64,000 nucleotides of DNA. Origin: Setoptus koraiensis (Eukaryota; Animalia; Arthropoda). The position numbers were made by a program, and so were the translations under genes. This document shows, piece by piece, positions 14,297 to 26,986 of the stretch. The notes beneath the pieces are model-generated. The model was not told the origin of the DNA and searched no databases. It was given only the letters and a program-made list of their open reading frames with translations. Where the stretch lies: contig CM106586.1 of the NCBI GenBank assembly GCA_048013815.1, positions 1,550,001-1,614,000 on the forward strand. The letters are read 5' to 3'. Every line of letters begins with the position of its first letter. Position 1 is the first letter of the stretch.

Positions 14297-14992
14297 TGTT
14301 GCTTATTGCCAAGGAATTATTATTTCGTGTAATTCTTAGTTAGTTGACGGTAGTGTTTGGGTTGTTTTCTTTTGAAATGGCTTGCTTGAGCAAAAATTCT
14401 TCGTATGTTAACTTGGTAATTGTAACATTTGCGAAAATCAATCACCGATTATAAGTTGAGCATTTGTGATGAGTTGCAATCATGCTACACAACAATTATG
14501 TACTGATTTGCGTATTATCGATGTCTCGTCCTGATGGCCAAGCGGTAATGTGAAGCGGCAATTGGCAGCAATTGGCTTAAACTGGAGCCACTGTCGATTG
14601 TTGACTAAATGAGTATTGGACGAATAAGATGCGACAACTGACGATTTGAGGAACAAATCATTCACATGATAACTGACAGATTTTGCTGGTAAATTTAAAA
14701 AGAAGCATGCAAGCAAAACAAACACTCTCTCTTCTAGTTGTTAAATTTCACAGTTGTCTATGCAAATTCTCTTGCTTGTGACTTTTTAGTGACGAATTGC
14801 AAGTATAAGTGTTACAGTGCAATGGTTAGATGATTTCCTATCAGACCTTTGGCTTGATGTGTGTTGGCTTTGAGTTCTTCACTAGAACTACAAGTCGACT
14901 TTGTTAGTTGTGGTTGTTGTTATGTAACGACCCTTATTAGTTTTGTTGGATTCACTGCTGTGTCGCTGAATTCTGTTTGTCGCTGATGTTGA

Positions 14993-15222
14993 CTTATTTG
15001 TTTTGAGGGGTGTCAAATTGAAAAGGAAAAACTGAAATTTGCACTGTGCTGCTTGTTAGCACATTGAAGGTCCTGAATATATCTCAAAATCAAATTCAGC
15101 ACACCAACCTCGAAGGATTCTGTCGAGACACCAATCATCTGGCACAATTATTGATTTTGAGCTGTTCACGACCGACCGGCACGCCGCAACCTCCACGATG
15201 CAGGGTATTTTTGGAATTATAA
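14993..15222 (+). pseudogene. Possible decayed RI-like leucine-rich-repeat fragment
   Basis: Two frames give LICFEGCQIEKEKLKFALCCLL and STLKVLNISQNQIQ (LxxLxLxxNxI). It is short, frameshifted and has no start codon. Confidence 0.22.
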
Positions 15223-15823
15223 ATTAAGTTTTGAATGTACACCCTTTTAGCTTGTCCACGATAATGATAATGAGAGAAAGTAGTATTTTTAGATAGTTTC
15301 TCTTTGCTGGCTAATTTAGAATCGTAAACTAAACACAGGTGAGCTGTAGTGAACTTGTTGAGCGAATAAAACTCGCTTTAGGCACTAATAATATAAGATA
15401 ATGTTGTTGATTTGCTTTCACTCTTGTCAGAACTTCTTCAGGCATTTTGGTGTGGGCTTGATTAACGCGTCTGATTATGTATACACGTTCTGTATGTGCG
15501 TAGCTTGGTTAGTGAGGGGAGACGACGTAGTCATGCCATTGTGGTATAAGGTCGTGGTGGCTGTTGAATTGATACAATGAACATATAGTATGCTCTAAAC
15601 TAGTTATATCGCTTTGTACAATGTTGAAATAACAGCCAACTGGTATACGTAATGTATAAATATTGTAGTGAATAATGATTGTAAGTTGTAGCTAGCTTAT
15701 CTAGTTAGTCTAACTAGTCACACAGTTACAGTCGAAACGAATGTACACGTAGGATCATTGTAACAATGTTATAATAAAGATCATACAACAGCATCAGCAA
15801 ATGAACAGCTGACATAAGAGAGT

Positions 15824-15876
<53 letters not shown>
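15824..15876. repeat. (CAA)n microsatellite
   Basis: Uninterrupted AAC/CAA run read directly. Confidence 0.97.
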
Positions 15877-16139
15877 GTGTTCCTTTCTACTCTCACTTCT
15901 CGTACTAATAATCAAGGTAATTGACGACGCCTGTTACTTCGGTTGGGATATATAATGTATATCGTGGTTGCCTGTTGACTGTCCACAAAGTTTTTTTTTC
16001 TGTTAGTATTATTATTATTATTATTGTTAAGAGAATGTATATATAAATACAGGTAGTCAATCTGATAAATTGGGTGTTCAAGTATAAAGTGGTGCGTTGT
16101 AAAATGGCTATTGCTAATATTAGTTGATAAAAGGTTGAT

Positions 16140-16436
16140 TTAGTTTCCATCGACTGCCAGTTTGTCAATAAGCGTCGAGAGAGCGTCCATTTCTTTCTGG
16201 CGTTTTGCAACAATTTTGTTGTTGGCCTTTATTCTCCTCTCCACCAATTTACGGTACAGTTTCCAGTCTCGCTCTGTCCAGCTCTTGAAGAATGGATAAT
16301 CGACCGGCGAAGGCCATAGTTTTGCCTGATGCCTGGGCTTGAAAAGGGGACCCAATGAGAAGGGAGGAAACGTTTCCTCGGCTGTCCAGTCTTCCTCGAT
16401 CCAAGTGACCTCTGTAGTTGGCTGTGTAGTGGTCAT
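16140..16436 (-). CDS. Orphan ~98-aa protein, W/P-rich N-half and predicted helical basic C-half
   Basis: First ATG at 16436: MTTTQPTTEVTWIEEDW..WTERDWKLYRKLVERRIKANNKIVAKRQKEMDALSTLIDKL. Composition looks protein-like but no family is recognised. Confidence 0.4.
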   Translation of the reverse strand: MTTTQPTTEVTWIEEDWTAEETFPPFSLGPLFKPRHQAKLWPSPVDYPFFKSWTERDWKLYRKLVERRIKANNKIVAKRQKEMDALSTLIDKLAVDGN

Positions 16437-16772
16437 GTTGACGATATTTATTAATATTGCTGGAACAAGGCGTGTGCTAGTGGTTGGTGATAAAATTTGC
16501 AACTGGTTTGTTTGCGATCGAGTTGAACATTTTTATGCATGCGTTTTTATACTGTACAGGTCGCTTTGTCCACATTTTCAAAAGCATGTGTTACTGTGCG
16601 GAACAGTTGCAAGCAGAACAGTAAATATGCGTTGCACAGGCTCACACTAGTGAGTCGCTTTGTTGCGGCAACACACACACAAAGTCACGCACCAAAATCA
16701 TTGAGTCCCTGTTGACGGCCGCCACTGACAACAGCTAACAGTTGTAACAGTCCTAAGTCGGCTTAAGCACAG

Positions 16773-16868
16773 CGTGCAGCATCTTTAAACGTGCAGCATC
16801 CTTAAACGTGCAGCATCCTTAAACGTGCAGCATCCTTAAACGTGCAGCATCCTTTAACGTGCAGCATC
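16773..16868. repeat. 17-bp minisatellite (CGTGCAGCATCCTTAAA), about 6 copies
   Basis: Direct reading of near-identical tandem units. Confidence 0.95.
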
Positions 16869-17892
16869 GTGTAGCGGCGCAGTGCCGAAAACTGTTGCTC
16901 GTTCAGATAGCAAGCCGGTCATTGGCTGGCTCTAGCAGAGCTATTGTTCTATAATCGGCTAATGGGATACAGATTGTAATCTATCTGATGCAGACGACCG
17001 TTCGCTTGGCTCAGCTGAACAATGACCTCGCGCTTATCCTATATTGAGACTCACTATACTGTCGACATAGCGCGCGATTTGAGTCTCGCTGACTCAGCTC
17101 GTTGCACCCAACTGGCGCACTTGCCAACTTTGGCGACTTGATTGCTCAGACGTTGTCAACCAAACCAACCGACTTATAATTGTTAATCCGTTGAAAAGGC
17201 ATTTGTGGCAAACAAATTATGGTGCAGCGACAACAGACTTGGTGCAAAGTGAACACGCATCACAGATGTGGCATCAATTGTGCATTCTATCCGATTCATG
17301 TCCACATGTGAATGTGTCCGTTTGAGTGTGCGCATTACTCATTACGGCATTTAGACACAACAATAATGAGATTCACCGATAAGCTGGCCGTTTTATCTAG
17401 ACAATCAAGCACAATTATCTGGACAATTTATCTGGACAAGATAACAGCCATTGTGTGAATTTAGTGTCGCATTGTTGGTGACACCTTGTGACAATATCTC
17501 CATTACAGTAGCCACATAGATCATAGATCAACAGGCCGACCCAATGGATGCGTGGCTTTGCATTTGTAGCGGCCTATCAAGTTGCCGTAGAAGCATCATT
17601 GATTAGCGATTGGTTTATGTTTACCTATTTAGTCTGTCTGGACTTGAGAGAATCATCAAAAGTCGGTCGTCGGATATCCCAAGCGACCAGTGACCTACAT
17701 GCACAATGTACAGGTGCAACAGGGTTTAAACCTTACAAGTTTGTTTGTTTATTGTTGTTGATTCGTTAGCAGTCAGGTGAGGCTGTCGTTTAACATGTTA
17801 GTGCAATACAGTCAATGGTGGCATAAATATTATTATTAGCATACATATTTGTGATATATGTGTGATTATGGATGATATAGATACAATTAACA

Positions 17893-17899
17893 ATGATGA

Positions 17900-17931
<32 letters not shown>

Positions 17932-17956
17932 ATGATGATGATGATGATGATGATGA
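17893..17956. repeat. (ATG/GTG)n microsatellite downstream of MIOX (3' UTR side)
   Basis: Direct reading; it explains the poly-Met ORF 17893..18150. Confidence 0.95.
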
Positions 17957-18101
17957 TTAATCAAACAATAACATTATTATACTATAATGATGGTGAAAGT
18001 TTTCTGACCATTTGCTGGGGCCAACTCGATGGGGCTCCCATTCTCAATATCTTTGTCTCAATGTTTATCTCGCATCGGATAACACTTGTTCACTTGTTGT
18101 A

Positions 18102-19157
18102 TTACCACTTGAGTGTGCCGGGTATGTATTTGTCGATGAGCGATTGGTAGTAGGGCTTCAGTGCCTCAATGTCGGGTATGGGTGCCGATTTTGTGTACAG
18201 ATCAAACTTGTTGAATTCATTGATCCATGGCAATATCTCAAAGTCGTCATCGTTACACAAATGGTTGTAATCACCGCCTCTGTGCCACGGGTACAGCGAA
18301 TGCAATCTAATTATTCTCAAACCAATCTCTGGAATGGTGCACGTTGGATGATTCTTGAGCACACGATACATGTACTCGTCGTGGCCCCACGATATTAGAA
18401 CGTTGTCCAAACCGCATTGTGGCTGGTAAATGCCATATTTGGTGTTGTAACGAGCGTTTGTCAAATCGGGATTCTCATCGAATGATGTGGCCCTGTAAAC
18501 AATACTGTCACCGTAGGCACAACCAACCGGAAATGTGTCACCAACAACGGCCCATTGTTCTTCGCCCCACAAAGCCATTACTTTGCCTAAATCATGAATG
18601 AGGCCCACCAGGTGAAACCAATCGTGTTTGGGGTGAGTAGCGCGAATGCGCTCTGCCGTTTGGAAGGCATGAACAATGTTGGGCAGATCGCTGTCTGGAT
18701 CGGATTCGTCAATTAGATTGTTCAATTTGATTAAAGCCTCCATAATGTTCAATTCGGCGTGATTGAAACGAGTCCAGCGCTCAATGCGACTGGTCACAAA
18801 ATCCACTGTTTGGTTCTTGTGCATTTGTCTGTAGGTGTGACGAACTCGTTGTTGAATGTAATCCTCCTATAGATAATATTGTATTGTTATGATATAATAG
18901 TTAGTTTGTGTCGATTGTGTGTTAGTTAATTGATGTAACCGATGGCCTAAATTGTCAAATGAGCTTACCTGATCCTCGCTGTAGTTGCGAAACTCTTCCA
19001 CTGCCTTGTTGTTTTCCGGTCTGAAGTGCTCAGAGGGGTCCAACATTACGACACAGTCGCTCTCCTCTTGGAGGCTGGGCGATCGACGGTTGGCATCCTC
19101 TTGCTGCTGTTGCTCTTGGAAGGATTCCTCTTGATATGAGCTAACTTTTGAGGCCAT
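18102..19157 (-). CDS. MIOX: Myo-inositol oxygenase, join(complement 18969..19157,18102..18866)
   Basis: Phase-0 GT-AG intron 18867-18968. Motifs FRNY, DESDPD, HAFQTAERIR, GLIHDLGKV, QWAVVGDTFPVGC, SWGHDEY, HSLYPWH and FNKFDLYTK. Confidence 0.96.
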
Positions 19158-21328
19158 TTCTACTGCTTACGAGTGCCGGCTATCTACTATTAAATATATA
19201 TTGATGTTATATCAATCAATTTCTATTGTACCGGGCGATACCTTAATCTATCTTAATTGTTGTGTGAGCTGCTATTCAGATTTCAAACAAATTTCAATTT
19301 GTTCTTCTACTATTGGTCTACTATTGGTTTACTATTGGAGTTGTTCAGATTTAGATACTTGTCGCTGGAATGATGCCCACTGTTGGCAAATGGTCGACTT
19401 ATATACCCGCGGGCGCAATTAAAATTGTTGTTGTTGTTGTTTGTTTGTACACTGGTGAAACCATTGACGAACTCAACATATATCACGATAATTGTGATTA
19501 TGATGATGGTAAATGGATCATCAGTGTGTGTGTGTGTGTGTGTGTGTGTTGTTATCATCAACAATTATGACACTAGTGCAATACTACTCAATGGTGCAAT
19601 TCAGGGTGAAAGGAAGCGCCAATCAAGCGCCAGTGAAGAAGATATTAAGCGAGCGAAATTGTTTGAGATCAGATGGAGATATTACCATTTTGGCGCTTCC
19701 TCTCTCGTTCTATCTAAATGGATTCATTCCGTCAGCCAGAGAGCGAGCGCTTGATTCATTTATCCTTCTCTCCTGGTCTCTTGAACGTAAAGAGATCTCT
19801 TCACATTCAAGAGATCTCTTAAAAGTTAGGCGCCATACACAAGTTACACATAAACAATGAATCATCATCACCCATGCACCACAGCCGACACCAGCCAGCC
19901 AGCGAGCTTTGAGAGAGCTGCGAGAGATAGAAAACAACAACAACAACATGATAATACAATTCCAATCGGAGAATTGATTGATCCCAACCAGTCGACAATC
20001 TCAAATCATCTGTTCAATTGTCAGGCAATTTCTTCATCTTGGTTGCTGCTAGATCTGTTATACATGATAGTGGCAATATTGTTTTTAGATAATAATCTAA
20101 CTAAACAATATTTGCCCATACTATCACCATTAGACTATCTATCACTATGTTGACTCGCGCTAGTCATTATTACTATATTGTGATACTGTACGAAGAAGAA
20201 GAAGGAGGAGGAGAGAAAAGAAAATATTTGGCGAGCTACCATACTTTTCCACGACACACACACAATCGAGCGAGAGAAACAAGTGTGTCCAGTCCAAATC
20301 GATTAGTCGCTTGATGAATTTACAACACACACACACAGTTGTTGTTCGTCTATTAATTATTTATATTTTATCACCGGTGTCGAGACGACACTGCTCAGGC
20401 GTGATCTGACGTTACTAATATTTTTTTTTTCTCTACAACTAGTAGATGCTTGGCGTACATAAACATGTACTCAATTGGCAAAACAATGTTTGCAGTATGT
20501 TGCCGCTTCCATATTCTATGTCAATACAATGTTGTTGTTGTTGTCAAACTATTTGCATTGTCTATTTAACTAGACGACTTGCATTTATTGACGGGTAGTC
20601 AATAAATGCTGTCAACAAGCCATGCCCGTAAACAAAACTTTCGTGGGCCGCGTGCCCCCAACCAATTTCAGCCAGTAATCATAATTAATTACCCAGAGTT
20701 GATTATGATTATTTAGATTTGATCTGACTTGTTTATTTGTTTCCCTGTGTCGCAATACTACAGTGACATATTACAGTGACTGCATTTCAGTGACTGTATT
20801 GCAGCCACTGCATCGTAGTGTGTCCGACCGGCGGCCATCTTGGACATTGTTGGCGCAGTGCTTTTCTGCAGTGCATTGCATCATGTTGTTACGCAACTAA
20901 CAACCACGACAACAAATTTGCGTAACCAACAAACTAGGTAAGTAACTTACAAATTGTTACGCAAATGTGTTCGATACATGATATACTGCGAGGGGTCTAT
21001 CAGATATAGACTGCTTACTTTGTGGAATCATGTCACACCAACAAGATGTAGATTTGCAAACTTGAAATTGGCCCATCTGTGCAGATGAGATTGATTAGCT
21101 CTTAATTGAAAGAGTGTAAGTTTTTTAAAAACGCTGTCTCACACTGTAAGTAGCTGACGATTAAAACAAACTATATGGTAAACAATGGTGCTGCTGTTAT
21201 CGGCACACTTGTTGCTATTGGCAAATCTCTGTGTCTCATCTGCGCCATTGTGCAAACTAGACTAACAGGCGCATTGTGATTTACCAATGTTGTGGTATAT
21301 GTTACCTAGTTTTTATTTATAATAATTG

Positions 21329-21445
<117 letters not shown>

Positions 21446-23097
21446 TGGTGATGTCGGCCCACAATAGATCAGCGCAAGTGCTTGCGAACTAGCGAACTAG
21501 CAACGATGGCAATGCAAATGAAATCACTTGAGCGATCAAATCAAAGACATGTGAGTCACCCATCGACGCAATCAAGATCTCATTTATCCATGATCTAGAT
21601 AAATGAGATTGACAGAGATAAAACCATTGCACAGATAACAGTGTTGGCAACAGCAACAGTGCTGCTGGCAACACTTTATGCTCAATATATGACACACAAT
21701 CCCCGTATTCAATCCCCGTAATCAATGCGCTAATTGAATCATTCTAAGCTGCAAAGTTGCAGCATCACATGGCACATTGATTGCAAATTGTCAATTCCAC
21801 CAGCTTGTCAGTGCCAACTAACAAGCCGTCGACAGTCAAGACAGTCGCCAAGATCGATTGTGGTGCAACTGCGTTTGCTAACAATTTGTTAATGATTACT
21901 AAAAGTTTGTTACTATTAAATATAAATTTGAATGTGCTTTACCGTCTCTTTGGCAAGTGTAAATTGTTTGCCATTGTTGTCGGCGTTTATCAACATTGAC
22001 AAATCTACTTGCAAACAGGTGACATAAATTGTGTGTGCATTTGATTGTTTACGGTTTACTTATTGGCGCTCGTTGGCGAGATTTCAAGATAATCAACTGA
22101 CAACGCTTGTCAGCGCGCCACTATCACGAGACGCACGATCACAAGGTCGTCGCTAATTGCGCCCGCACTTACAATTGTTAATTTCAATTAGTTGGCCTAC
22201 AAGAGCCACTTGACGCATCAAGCAACAAATATGTAAAATATATAAAGCCGGCGATAATTAAGCCAGCGTCAATTAAGCCGGCGAGCATCGGCAAGCGACG
22301 CTCGCTTAAACGATGCCGCTGATACTGACAAGTGTAAATTTCATCGCGTCATATCGCTGTCAGTTTGCGATTGACCCACAATTTGGTTGGTTGTTGCAAT
22401 GACCACGCTGGTTGTTTCAACAGTGCACACAATTCATGTGACACCAGAGACAAATAGACGGGTCCACCAATAGACGGATGAACAAATAAACAATTGAACG
22501 GTTGCAATTTGACAACATTTGTGACACTGTCATGGCGCTTGACAGATCGCAGCACACAGATAAAACGGGCTGCTGATTTTTAATTTATTTCACAATCGCT
22601 GCAGCACTTTCTTATCTCGCACTGTCAACTGCCAGTGATACCTGTTACTTATCAGCGATATTCTGAGGCACAGATTTTAACAAATCATTTCAATGGCAGT
22701 TTCACAAATCGACCATTGGTGCGTTCAATCTGTTTCAATTCAGCCAGCTAGTGGCGTACAGATTTGCATCTGAAATAGAGTTGTGACACTGAAATTGACA
22801 GGAATCATCGAACGCCATTGCTGAGTTTTAAAATAACGTCACACTCATGCTGCAGCAACTAGCGTGCCTCGCTCTTGTTTGGCCTGTCGCTCGATCCATG
22901 CTCAATCTGTCGCCGCCGATGACGAATATCGTCGACAAGCTTGAAACATCTCCAAACACTTTGGACCCAAATCGATCTCCAATCGAGACTGAGAGCCTAG
23001 CTCAAGCTGTATTAAAATCACACAAAATCATCTAGACAGAAACAATATCAAACGAAAGAGGGAAAATTGTGTCAATTTCCAGTTATTTCCATACTAA

Positions 23098-25957
23098 ATG
23101 GACCAGTCTACGCCCAGTCGAGCAGACAAAATGGAGGCTCAGCCACCGACGGAAGTAAATGACGAGCTGACAATGAGACAAACGCCAAAAAACAAGCAAC
23201 CGTCTGGGATGCACTCGCCTGACAATTCCGCTGAATTCACTCCGAATGTTCTATTCAAAAAGATGGTCGAAGAAAATCAAAAACGCAACAGCAAAGTGAT
23301 ACAAAAATTAGAGATTGACCGTCGCGCGACAAACAGACAACGCGACAATGCAAACAGTGATCAGCCCACTATAAAGGTTAGATTTTGCGTTTGTTTATTA
23401 GCTCTTACTGGCTTGGCATTTAGTCAAATGTCGCGAATGGTCATGAATGTCACCATCACCTCAATGGTTGATCCTAGACTCTTGGACACAAACAGTGAGC
23501 ACGGATCGTCTCCAATTGAATCAGTTGAACAGACGACAACCAGCACAAGCCCAATAACAATTTCACCTGACTCCACCCAGGAGCCGGAAATAGACTTCCT
23601 GTTGCCCACTACAAGCGATCATGTCATCGACACCGGACCGCCAGAAGGACAGTCGGACGGACAGTCGGACGGACAGCCGCACAATGAGCAAGGTGAGCAC
23701 AGTCAACCGGAAGAGCCAGTGACAGAGCACAATGATGACACAACAGTCGCCCCCATTGAGACTGATCTTGAGAATGACCAATCAATCATCAATGCCGCTG
23801 TGTTTGATCCATCGGCTGAGTCGGACAATGCAGCAAATCAACCTGTCGAAGAGCAACAACAACAACAACAACAGACAACAGAATCTCAAGCTGACAATAG
23901 CCAAATATCAGAGGAGCACAATGCAAATGGCAACAATGAACTCGACTCGCATACAGTTGCTTATTCTGACCGCCAGACGGACAACGAACAACAACATTCT
24001 GAGCATGACCAGCAAAACGATGAGGCCATTACTGAGCCTGGCCACTCGGACCATTCGCAACATGAGTCACAACAGCAACAGGTAAATCACGACACTGCAT
24101 CTAACAATAACGATGGCGAGTCTCAACAAATACAGTCACAATTCACCGATGCGCCTGATGCCTCAATGGTAACTAATGATGCAATAGGCCCAGTCGACAC
24201 GCACAACGATAATGAGCACAACAAACGGAAGCGACGAAGCATCGAGCCACATGGCGCCAACAACATCAACAACACCGATCAACCCATTGAGGCCCCGGCA
24301 AAGCCAATGCACGACGCCAGTCTAGATGACAAGTTTGGCTGGACAACGAAAGAGCGCAACATTGTGCTGGGCGGTTTCTATTCCAGTTATTTTGTTTTCA
24401 TGATTATCGGCGGTCGTATGGCCGAAATATACGGCTCAAAATACATAATTTTAATCAGTGTATTTGGCTCGGCATTGGTGAATTTGTTCACCCCGTGGAT
24501 GGCCAAAACAAACTTTTATCTGTTGGTTGCGTCTCGCGTTGCTCTGGGCGCCATGCAATCGGGCATTTTCCCTGGCTGTTATGCCCTGTTTGCCAAGTGG
24601 CTAACACTGAGCGAAACGAGCATATTTGCCCCGCTCATCAAGGTGAGTCTTCGCTTGGGCTCCATGCTGGCCTCGTGTGTGCCAGGTCTCATCATAGACA
24701 AGAGCGGCATTGGCTGGCAAAATGTCTTCTACACAACGGGCACCTTGTGTCTGTTGTGGTCAATACCCTGGTTTTTGTTGGCTAGCTCATTTCCGGAGGA
24801 CAATCGTTTTGTGAGCAAGGCAGAGTTGGCGCATATTGTCAAGAAGAAGCGCAAATTCAATGGCGATATTGAGGCAACACCAATGAGCCAAATTACGGCC
24901 ACATCCGGCCGAGACGAAGCGCCCAAGTCAGCAGAGCCTCAGAAACCAAAACAGGACAACTCTACGCCGTGGCTCAACATAATCACCGCGGGGCCAGTCA
25001 TTGCGCTCATTGTGGTCAAGCTGTCATTCAACTACGTGGTGGACTTTATGTGCATCCAGTTGCCGTCTTATTTAAAATACGTGCATCACGCCGACCAGCA
25101 ACAGGTAAGACTTGGCAAACTGTCGCAAATTTTGGCGAATTCTGGGCAATTTGGCCTATTATTATTTATCGCTTGAACGTTTCATTATCCGATCTATCTC
25201 GTTGTACTCAAATCTAATCAAATAACCTGTTCCATCAAATAGACGAGCTGGATAATGACGCCACTATTCGCCATTCAGGTGGTGCTGGTCACCGGCGTGG
25301 CGTACCTAGCCAAAGAGGCCGTCAGGAGGAAGCCCTTCGGACTGCAGAAGACAGGCATCAGAAAGCTGTTCCAGGGCACAGGTGAGTAACTATCCAATTC
25401 TGGCGTGCTGCTCGACTTGATAATCAAATTTTAATTAGCTCCTACTGCCATTATCATGCATAACAATTAACCTTTATCGTCATGATTAAATCATTATAAA
25501 CATAATAAATCCGGCAGCGAGTTTCGGGGCCGCGTTCGTGCTGTTTATGGTGACACTGAACAATAATTCTCTTCTCTATGTTGGAATTGCCATGCAAATA
25601 CTATCCGTTTTGACAATGTTTGTGGCCGGTGGCGAGGTTGTGCTGCCATACGATTTAAGCGATGAATTCCAAGCAACCATAATGGGCATAGCTAATAGTG
25701 TAGCCAATTTGTCTGGCGTTACAGTCACCTATATGACGGCAAAGATTTTAGGCGAACAAGGATCCAGTGCTGAAAGATGGCATATCATAATCAATTTGAT
25801 TGCTGCCATCAGCTTTTTAGGTGGACTAACATTTTTGCTTTTGGCCAAGGCGGAGCATATCGATTTTAGAGCTAGCAAACAGGCCAGAAAGGAGAAGAAA
25901 AACCAGCTCAACAACGGACTCAATAGCCAGGCCAATACTGGTGTTAGTAAGATGTAA
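23098..25957 (+). CDS. SLC17-family (sialin/VGLUT/NaPi-1-like) MFS anion transporter, join(23098..25104,25243..25381,25518..25957)
   Basis: GT-AG introns 25105-25242 and 25382-25517 keep the frame. Motifs FGWTTKERNIVLGGFYSSY..IIGGRMAEIYGSK, SRVALGAMQSGIFP, GWQNVFY, YDLSDEFQATIMGIANSVANLSG. Confidence 0.9.
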
Positions 25958-26986
25958 TGTACGATGTTCAAATATATTTATGGAAATATATTTATTGAAA
26001 TATTAGCAATTTGCACAGCAATTTAAGTGCCATCATTCTGACCCTGCAATGTGGGCCCTCAATTGTTTGCACTCTTTCGACCAGTTGGGAAAATTGGTGG
26101 CTTTTTTGCACTGTTTTGTTCTTTTCTATGCATTCATGTTGTCTCTTCATCAATTGCCTCTTGCACATTCGTGATACTCTTCCATAGACCGAAAATTAGC
26201 GTACTATTTAGAGAAGGCAACCCGAACAAGAAAATCTGACTTTTTGGCGCCCCTTTCTGTCGTTGCCGGTAGCCTCCTTTAATTCGCAAACATCTATTAG
26301 TTTTATCGCTCATTCTATCCGTCATGTTTGGACTGGATTTGTCGGTCGACATTAAATTGTGCCACATTAAATTAAATTGCGAGGCTCGATCATCAAACAA
26401 ACTCAATCAAATCTCTGTAACAACTTCTCTGTATCTCTAAATTGAGCGCAATCGGCGAAGTAATACAATTTGAGTTACACACTTGAATGTGCTCATGAAT
26501 TCTCATGCTGACTCATAGACGATATATAGTGATTTGTTTATGTTCTAAATGGCAACTCAATGGTCGTTATGTGCTCGACTACGATGATAAATCACGCATA
26601 ATAACTGAAGATAATCAACAACAGATGCACTTCAAAGCATCTTGCAACAAGTAGTTGGTAGAGTTAAATAAGATGAATAAGCAAAAAAAGAAAGAAAATT
26701 TTGATCCATCTCTTGCTTTCTCTTCTGCTATTCACTGCCGCCAACAAATTGGCATCTGGCTCTCGTCTCATTTATTCCAGCTCGTATATGTTGTCGGCCA
26801 TTTTAATTGTAACGTATCCCTGACCACGGATTGACGACGATATTGATGGACGACAAAGCACGCTGAAGGATATCAGTTTGAGTTTATCTGGATAAAATAT
26901 CATTCTTTTTATTTTATCTTCACTTACGTATTATCGCATATTTATTATTAGATTTATGTTTTATTTATTTTATATTTGCATTCACG

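Noticed and set aside
17893-18150. Poly-Met ORF
   Set aside because: Product of the (ATG)n microsatellite, antisense to the MIOX 3' end.
19310-20153. Several overlapping 60-120 aa ORFs upstream of MIOX
   Set aside because: Driven by GT/CA and GTT repeats, with no consistent frame or motif.
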